Source of the DNA: the human T2T-CHM13v2.0 reference genome, Homo sapiens
Direction: 5' to 3' (one strand)
Assembly: GCF_009914755.1 (NCBI RefSeq)
Contig: NC_060932.1
Length of the DNA stretch: 64,000 bases
Shown in pieces: positions 55,621 through 64,000 of the stretch. Position 1 is the first letter of the stretch; each line of letters begins with the position of its first letter. The notes beneath the pieces are model-generated. The model had not been told where the DNA came from, searched no databases, and saw only the letters and a program-made list of their open reading frames with translations. A program made the translations under genes and the position numbers.

Positions 55621-58600
55621 CCAATTGTATTCTTATATGAATGATTGAAATGATTACATTTTCACTTTCACAGGTTGTAAGCTTTGTGACTCTGGAGACC
55701 ACTGATTCCCTAGTGCTTAAAAAAGGCCCATTGTAGAACTGGTGGTCAGGATAGAGCTGTCAAATTCTAACACTGAATATGTACATCATTAATTTGCTCC
55801 ATGGATGAACATGTATAGACCAGCATCTGAGCTCAGCAGCAGTGTTAAACACTGGGGAACAGGATTAAAGACATGAAAATGAGCATGTGATACAGTGAGT
55901 GTGTGCTGACATGTATTTAGCCTGCTCAATAACAAATCAAGTCACTGGAGGTGTCAGTAGGACACTGAGGTGGAGATATTCATTAAACACATTGAGCTCT
56001 TAGGAAAGAGATTCAGAGAAAACCAAGACCATAGTTACTTCTCTACTTAGAAGTAAACTCCAAAGAAGGGCTATTTTAAACATTGAAACTGCATGATGTT
56101 GTTTAAGATGTAGAAAGACTGTATTAGAAGAGAAGAAAACAAAAAGGCACTGTGTTTGTTAGGCACAGTCTAGGCCTTAAATCACTGAATTGTCCCACCA
56201 GCCCTGATTGTGTTAATATTCCCATTTCGTAACTATAGGAGCTGAGGTCCAGAGAGGTAAGAAACTGGGCCAAAAATCGCACAGTTTACCCATATTTAAG
56301 CTCAGATCTTTACATGTCAGAGTCTAGCCTACATTTTCATATCCAACACAGTCTAATGGGATAGGACTGTACAGTGAGTTCATTTTCACCAGAGAAGTTC
56401 AAGCAGAGAATCTTCTTAGGGATACTGCAGAGCTCTGGAGGCAGTGAATTGGTCTTTTTACATTAGATACTCTTCAAAATACCTTGAGTATCCAGTGCCT
56501 CACAGAATTGAGTCTCAAGGATTCCTACATTCAGGAGGTGGGAGGAACGAAAGTGTCAGTGATGAAGAAACCACTTTTCCCAGAGAGGCCTGTCTCAGAC
56601 TCCACTGCTATTCTGCCTTTTGTCTGCTGCCTGCAGCACTTGAGCCTGGGAAGAGCCCAGAGAAAGGAGCCCTAGAGAAACGTAATTAGTCAATCTTTCA
56701 GATTTAGAGCTCGAAGCATCCACTCACCCTCTAGTTTTCATGTTAAACTGTTCAAGTGGAAATCTCTTGACAGATGTAGTTAAGGTCATTTCAAGAGCAA
56801 ATAGACACTAGCTTATTTCAGTCACTTGCTCAGTAGTCTCCCTAGACATTTGCCAAGCTGGGTCACTCTCCCAGCCCCTAGAAGCTGCACAAAGCAGTCA
56901 GCAGCTTAGAAGAGAATGCCAGGTGCTCATGGGGTTGTGATTTGTTGCCTTTGATGCAATGCAGCTTGCAAAGTTAGTGTTAGGGATTGTTTCAGGTATA
57001 AACTAAGACCATCCACATGTTAGCCCCAATCTACCACTTGTAGTAATTTTGGAAAAAATAAAACACTGGTGGAGAGGTCGGGATACCCCCATCTTAGATA
57101 TTAGCTTACCAGGTGACTGAGGCTAAGTCACTTCCCCTACCAAGCCTCAGGTTTACCATTTGTCACATGCCAGTTGTTCTTAAATTGAGTTCTTACTAAT
57201 ACTTTTTGTGTCCTATGCTGTCTGAGACATAAGTGGCTGAGGCAATGGTCTAGGAATCTGTTTTCTGACATGTGGGAAGAACAGTAGCAAGTGTGGAAGG
57301 TAGCATGAGCAGTGAATTTAGTAGCAAAGCTTCTAGCTTTGTTATTACTAGTTGTATTACTGTGGGCAAGTTTTCTGAAAATCTGGTTCATTTCAAAAAA
57401 CAAGAATAGTATTATCTACATTACTGTGTTATGGTGAGGAATAAATGATAAATACAACTTCTAGCCAGGTATTTGACTAGATGCAAGACATGTGTTTGTA
57501 TGCCCCCTTTTTCCTCCTCCTTAAGACACTAGGAAACAATATTCCCCTCAACATCTCCAGCAGTGGACCTCAGGGGTAATAACTCATTTGGACAGGGAAA
57601 CCATCTAGGTATCCAGATTGTTTAGGGTAATCATTGAAAAGGAGAAGCAAATTTTTTTTTTAATCATAGCCCAGTTAACATCACTCAGAGTTTCCTCCAT
57701 CTCAAGCAGCTCACATCCTTCACACTCCTTCACCAGACCTATGAAAAGGCAGCCCCAGTAGAGGTAGGACCAAAAAAAAAAAAAAAAGCTCTAGTGCTAA
57801 AGTCTTGGTCTCTAAAGAGGATGGGAAAACTTCCTAAAGGAAGTGCATTTGAGATTACTTTTACAGAGTAGGGAAATGAAAATAAATGAAACCAAGTTTC
57901 AGAGGACAGAAGTCAGGCATGTGGGTTTATAACAGAGGATACTCAAGCAGATGAGGACTTTCTCCCACTGTAGCCTAGTGCAGAGGTTTCTGAAGACCTA
58001 GTTCTAAGGCCTGTATCAATAATTCATAGACTATCTCTGCAAAAACTTGTCAATTACTAATCTGGAGCTGGAAGCAACATAGAGGAAAGACAGAATATGC
58101 ATACGGCAGCCAGAAGGACTGACATTTGGGAGTACAAGTGAGATACTCCAGGTGAGCTTTCAAACTTCTTCATGTGATATTTGAAAAGTGGCAGGGGCTC
58201 AACAAGTTAACTGTTGGGGGCTGAAAATTAATTCACTGTTTTAGTATTAAATTCTTGCAACTTCATTATACACCTCCCTCACTCTCTCCAATCCCAGTGC
58301 CAGCAAGTCACCATAGCCTGGAGAATACCCAGTGCTTATGAAGTTTCAAGCACTCTCCTAAATATTTCGGTTGTATTAACTCATTTATCATCAAGGGGTT
58401 AGAAATTGACATTTGAGCAAAGGCTAGTTGGTGATGAAGAAACGAGCCATGCAGATATTTAGAAGAGAGTACCACACATAGGGAGAAGGCATTGCAAAGG
58501 CCCTGGGATCAAGTGGACCTAATAGCATTGGAGAAGTCAGTGGCATGAACAAGAGGGAGGATTGCAGGATATAAGGCCAGACAGTGTTGGGTTTCATAAA

Positions 58601-58760
58601 AAAGCAATGCCAAGTCACATTTTTTAGTCCTCCTCAAAAATTATTAAATCTTCCTTAAGGTAGAGTCAGAGTCATTTTATTCTTTTCTAGACTGTCAATA
58701 CGTCTTAATAGTGGTATTTTCAATGAATTTAATCTTCTCTATCCCAATGTAACATCTGTA

Positions 58761-59060
58761 TTTTTTTTTTTTTGAGACAGAGTCTCGCTCTGTTGCCCAG
58801 GCTGGAGTGCAGTGGCGCGATCTCTTCTCACTGCAAACTCTGCCTCCCGGGTTCATGCCATTCTCTGCCTCAGCCTCCTGAGTAGCTGGGACCGCAGGCA
58901 CCCGCCACCCGCTACCACGCCTGGCTAATTTTTTGTATTTTTAGTAGAGACAGGGTTTCACCGTGTTAGCCAGGATGGTCTCTATCTCCTGACCTCGTGA
59001 TCCGCCCGCCTCAGCCTCCCAAAGTGCTGGGATTACAGGCATGAGCCACTGCAGCCAGCC
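58761..59060 (-). mobile_element. AluY with TSD
   Basis: Antisense dimer; TSD aaca(t/c)ctgtatttt at 58751-58764 and 59061-59074. Confidence 0.93.
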
Positions 59061-59516
59061 AACACCTGTATTTTCTAAAGAGGAATAACAAGGTGACATT
59101 TATGGAAATGTAGAGACCAAAAGTATGAAATAATAATATAAACATTAATCAAATGTACTAAACATAAGTTTTTATTTCTTTTGTTTTTTTCAAATTTTGG
59201 ACCCAGAAAAAAGTACTTGAATTCTAATTTAATGAATGCTTAGATTAGTGATGTTAATGTTATCCTCTGATCCATGGAACTGATGGCTAACCTGGATGTT
59301 TATCTCAATTCTGCCCTTTGCTGACTGCATGATATAGGACACGTTAGTCAACCTCTGTCAGTCTCTATTAGTTTTTTCATCTTTAATATGGGAATATTTA
59401 TGCTTACCTTGAAGGGATCTTGTGAGAATTAAATAAGGTAATTGGGTCAAGTGTTTGCATAACTGGTGGTGGCTCCATTTATAGTTGATGTGAGTCTCAC
59501 TGTCATTGTTATCATG

Positions 59517-60095
59517 GTATTAGTTAAGACCCTTAGGTTTTCCATGACAGAAATCTAACTCAAATTAGCTTAAACAAAAACAACAATGTATTACAAATTT
59601 TCTTAGGATTGCATGAGATAGGAACAGGCCTGAACCTTAGGATACATCAGAAAAAGAAACTTGAGTAGCAGTAGAATCCTTGGTCAATTATCTTTGTTCA
59701 TCTTTCTGAATATTATTTACTGGTCTACTTTTTTTTCTGTGTTTTAAGCTATATGCCCTCTACTGCCATCCTCATTCCATTCCTCAGATTTAACCTATGC
59801 AATAAGTGGCAAAGGGGAGCTCCCAAAGATTTCTCATATTTACAAGTTTAGTATTTTTGACATGAATCTCTCTTTTCCAAGTTCAAAAATTCCAGGGAAG
59901 GGGCTTATTGATCCAAGCCCTGCACCAATCATGTATAAAGAGGGCAGATTCATATACCGTAAGCTGCCCATGTATAGTAGCTGCTTCAATGGGGTGAATA
60001 ACATGGGAGCAAAGGAATCTCAAAAGAACCAGCAGGAACAAGAATGTCCTCAGAAGAAGGCAGGATTGCTGTTTATAAAATAATAGTTTCCTACT
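59517..60095 (-). mobile_element. MLT1K/L-like LTR
   Basis: 'tattagttaagacccttagg...gacagaaatctaactcaaattagcttaaacaaaaa' and 'ccagggaagggcttattgatccaagc'. Confidence 0.55.
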
Positions 60096-62149
60096 GTAAT
60101 CATTATATGTATTTTTGTTTATCATTATTATTGCACTTAGGACAAATTTTCTACTATTTATACAGTTCTAGGTTATTACATCATTAATTCTAAACAACCT
60201 GACAGAGAACTTTTGCTAGTTCTTCCAAGAGGTGTGCTTTGAATGTGCTTCTCCAAAGAAGACCATCACCTCCCAACATCTGATCACATTCTCTCCTTCG
60301 AAGACAGGAAGCCCTGCTTTTTCTCCATTTTGTTCCATTTAATGTAGGGTCCTCTGATGTCGTTCTTAGAGATGATAAAGAACAGCTGGCCACCATCTTA
60401 AGTATAGTAATGTTTAATAGGTCTGAAAACTGCGATTATGTCAATCCCTTTACCTCACTTCAGACTAAATAATCCCAGTCACTTCAGCTCTACCTCTAAG
60501 CTGCTGCAGCATTGTAATTAATTGCTACCCTATTGACTATTCTAGTTTCTCTTTTTCAGCTCTAACTTAGCTTTTGGCCCTGATGAAGTCCAGGGTCAAG
60601 TTGGCATTTCACTGCTTGGTCAAAGACAGTTTATCCCTGGAATATTTTCAGGGAGGGGAGTCAGGAGTGTAGGAAGAGACATATTCTGATGTGGGTGAGC
60701 TGTATGGCCAAAAGTTCATGTACGGTTTTCTTAACTGCTGTTAGTGGGATGACCATGTGTACGGGACACAATATAAAGTTTCATAGGCATGAATTCAAAT
60801 CTTTGCTCTATTATCTATTGATCATGGGCAAGTGACTCTATTCTTCACCCATTTAAAAAATCTATGCTTTGGAGATAAGAATACTAGTAGCATTTAGTAG
60901 TAAATGGGATGATTCATATAAAATGCTAAATGATGTGCCAGATATATAAGAGTGGCCCAATAAATTTTAGTTCCCTTTTTGTTCTCCTTCTCTAAATGGG
61001 TTTTTTAGGAAACCAGCAAGTGATAAGAGCCAGATTAATGAGCAGGAAGATAATTTGTGTTCTAGTCCCAGCTCTGCTGGTAATTACAAGAAAAGTTATT
61101 GTATGACATTTGTCTCTAAAATAGAGAGTTGGAAATAAAGAAGTTAATTCCTAAGGTTGTTGACAACTCTAAAAATATAAAATCCTAAGACTACTGTGTT
61201 CCTTATAGGGTTTGGCAATTTTCAGAATTAGGACATCATTAACCACACACATATTTGCCCTAAAAACAACACTGAAAGTAATACTTTAATTCACAGACTA
61301 ATATTCATGCATCTTTAACTGTATTAAACATCTCCTCCAAAGCAATCCTGTGCTCTTAAGTTTTCTGGTTGTTTGTTGTACCCTATTGAGAGGCAGAGCC
61401 AGGGAGTGAGACAAGAGTGGGAACGGAAACCAGAAGCCCAAAAAGTTTGTCATCAGTTCTGGGGAAGAGAGATCAGAGCTGAGCCCCTTACTGGCCATTG
61501 CCAGTGAGGGAAGGTCATGGAGCAAAGATCAAGAACCCCCAGCAGGGACAGCACAAGAGAGGCATAGAGTATATGAGTTAAGATTGTGAGTTTTTGAGAG
61601 TCAAGCAAACCTGGCCTGGAATCCTGTCTGTGCCATTACTTTAGAAGTATAAAATGAAGATAATAATTATTATATAAGAGGGCCGTTGAAAGCATTAAAT
61701 GAGATAACGTGTGCAACGTATTTAGCATATGGTAAATACTCAGCCAACTGAGGCTTATATGATTAACAGAATCCACAGCAGGAGCTTGGTGGGATTGTAC
61801 TAATAGAACCCAGAAAGAAATATGCTGAGCATCCCTCTCCTCCTTCAGACAGTCTGTTTATTCTTGATACATAACCCTTCCTACTGTGGGGGTTTCTGAT
61901 GACAATAAACCAGGAAATCTCTGACATTGCTTTGAGTATAGATAAAAACGACTTTACTACATTTACCTTTTAGGAAAAAAGTTATTAGATGGTTATTTTG
62001 GCAACACAGTTGGTTCTTGACTGATACATACCAGCAGTCTAAATTGACAGTATTATTAAATGATCTTGCCTTCCTCAAACATATGCCAAGGGATGTAGGG
62101 GAAAGAAGAAGTCTGGGGCTAAAATTTTGTCACAGACAATCTGTGAATG

Positions 62150-62900
62150 AGAAAAGAATGTTAAGACAAGAACACACATTCGTTAGATAGGCATATTTAA
62201 TTACATAAATAAAAAACTTCCATAAGTAACCAAAAAAAGCAAAACATGTAACTAAAGTTATAAGATAAGTGATAAGCTTGGGAAACTATATTCAGTAAAA
62301 CATTGGAACTCTTCAACTGACAATTTAAATAAACAAAATGAAATTCTAAAAAATCCACAGGCAAAGAACATCAACAGATGTATCCCAACTAGAAAACAAA
62401 CACAGGAAAAATTACTGTTACAAATAATCATGAGGTATATTAAATAAAACACGATCGTGCTTGTTTTACCCATTAATTATCACCTTCCCCAAATAATTAG
62501 ACTCAATGCTAATGGCAGTGAGGTGAACGTAACAACCTCATACATTGTGGGTGGCATTTTAAATTGCTATAGTAGTTTGGAAAGCCATTTGGTCATGTAT
62601 CTCAAAAGCCACTTCTGAGACACTGACCTACAGAAATAGTCCAAAATAGAGAAAAATATGTATGCACAAAAGGATTCATTTTTAATAGCAAAAAGTTAGA
62701 GGCAACACAAATGCTCAAAGAATAAACTATGGGAAATTAATTCAATGAAACATTATACATTCATTTAAAATTTTCTTTATGCAGAATCTATAATAACTTG
62801 ATAAGCTAACACCATCATAATGTTAACAGAAAAAAGATACAAAATAATTTGTAAATTTTGAATATATTTTAAAAATGAGAAGTAAATTTATTAAAATATC
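62150..62900 (+). mobile_element. L1ME-type 3' fragment
   Basis: 'cctcatacattgtgggtggc...ttggaaagccatttggtcatgtatctcaaaagcc...atgtatgcacaaaagg...aatagcaaaaagttagaggcaac'. Confidence 0.7.
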
Positions 62901-62904
62901 ATTT

Positions 62905-63775
62905 TTATTGATGTTGTGGAATCTTCCACCTGAAGAGTCTCCCTTTTTCCTTCTTTCATGAACAGCTACCGGCCCATTTTTTTTTGCTCCTCTTTCCAGC
63001 AGTCCTTCTGCACCCCATTGCCACCATTCCCATGTTCTTGTCAAGGCTCTATAATGCCTTATTTGCAACATTTCTTTTCTTTTTGAACTCACTTCTTTGG
63101 GTTCCCCAGATACCACATTCTTTGATATTCCTCTTACCCTCCTGATCATACTCAAGCTCCTTGCTACCTTTGCTTTGTTCCTTGACCTTTGAATATTGGA
63201 GGGCTCCAGGAACCGGTTTCTGGAAGCTATGGTCTTCTTGGTTCTGCCCTTTCTCCTAAAATGAATTCATTCAGTATAATAGCTTTCGGTAACATTTTGA
63301 TGACCATGATTCCTAAATTTATCTTTTCAATGCTGACCACTCATTGAGTTCTGGACTTAGATATCCAACTACTTATTTACCATCTTCACTTGCATATTTA
63401 GCATGCATTTCAAACACAACATAACCCAGCTGAAACATTGATTCTCACTTTCCCTTGTTCCCATTTGTATCAATCTTGATCTTCCCACCTCAGAAAATAA
63501 CATCCCTATTGACTTAGTTGTTCATGTTAAAGACATAGAAGTATTCTTTCACTCCATCAGCATATCTCTCAGCTTTAACCTGAATCAATATTCTTCTCTT
63601 CATCTCTGTGTACATTGCCTTAATCCATACCACTGTAATTTCTCTCCAGAATCATTGCTGTGGAATCCAAATGTTCGCTGCTTCTACTTTTGCCCATATC
63701 TCCTGTGGTTTTCTTATTCACAAGCAGCCAATGTGAAATATTTAAGAAATAAATTAGATTGTATTATTTCCTCAA
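62905..63775 (+). mobile_element. L2 body fragment
   Basis: 'atatccaactacttatttaccatcttcacttgcatatttagcatgcatttcaaacacaacat' and 'aaattagattgtattatttcc'. Confidence 0.75.
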
Positions 63776-64000
63776 TTTTCTTTTTCTAAGGGTACAATGG
63801 GAGAAATGCATGTTTAGTGTTATCTTCTTCCAGTAGATGGGGCTATTGAGCACCAAATTTTTCTCAGAACTGTTTTACAATTTTTTTTTTACATAAAAAG
63901 AGGGGTTCATCAATGTTGATTTTTACTAACTGTAAAACATTCCTCAGAGTATATCCACTATGTTTGCAACTATCAAAAATTTACAAAAGTGGAAAACATA

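Noticed and set aside
60190-60396. 68-aa ORF in apparently unique sequence
   Set aside because: No recognisable homology, weak splice signals, and a length expected by chance.

Overview
AT-rich, CpG-poor, repeat-dense primate genomic DNA. It is almost certainly human, because it carries a diagnostic AluYb8. I found no convincing host protein-coding exon, RNA gene, CpG island or CRISPR array, so the window looks intronic or intergenic. The ORF track is explained by decayed LINE-1 and MaLR sequence, microsatellites or chance. Main contents: a full-length, disabled L1PA (about 49.4-55.6 kb, minus strand); two 5'-inverted (twin-primed) L1s; several truncated L1s; six Alus; two MST-type MaLR elements with internal sequence; solo THE1/MST/MLT LTRs; MER5A, MER2 and Tigger3a DNA-transposon relics; and many MIR/L2 fragments. 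The most unusual structures are a ~590-bp AT-rich palindrome built from a 30-bp minisatellite and flanked by direct repeats (48.3-48.9 kb), a ~150-bp inverted duplication inserted into a MIR (22.7/23.4 kb), a near-perfect hairpin at 7.3 kb, and templated fold-back junctions in the MaLR elements. I see no evidence for a new multi-gene biological system. Subfamily calls come from recalled consensus sequences, not a database search, and boundaries of old repeats are approximate.
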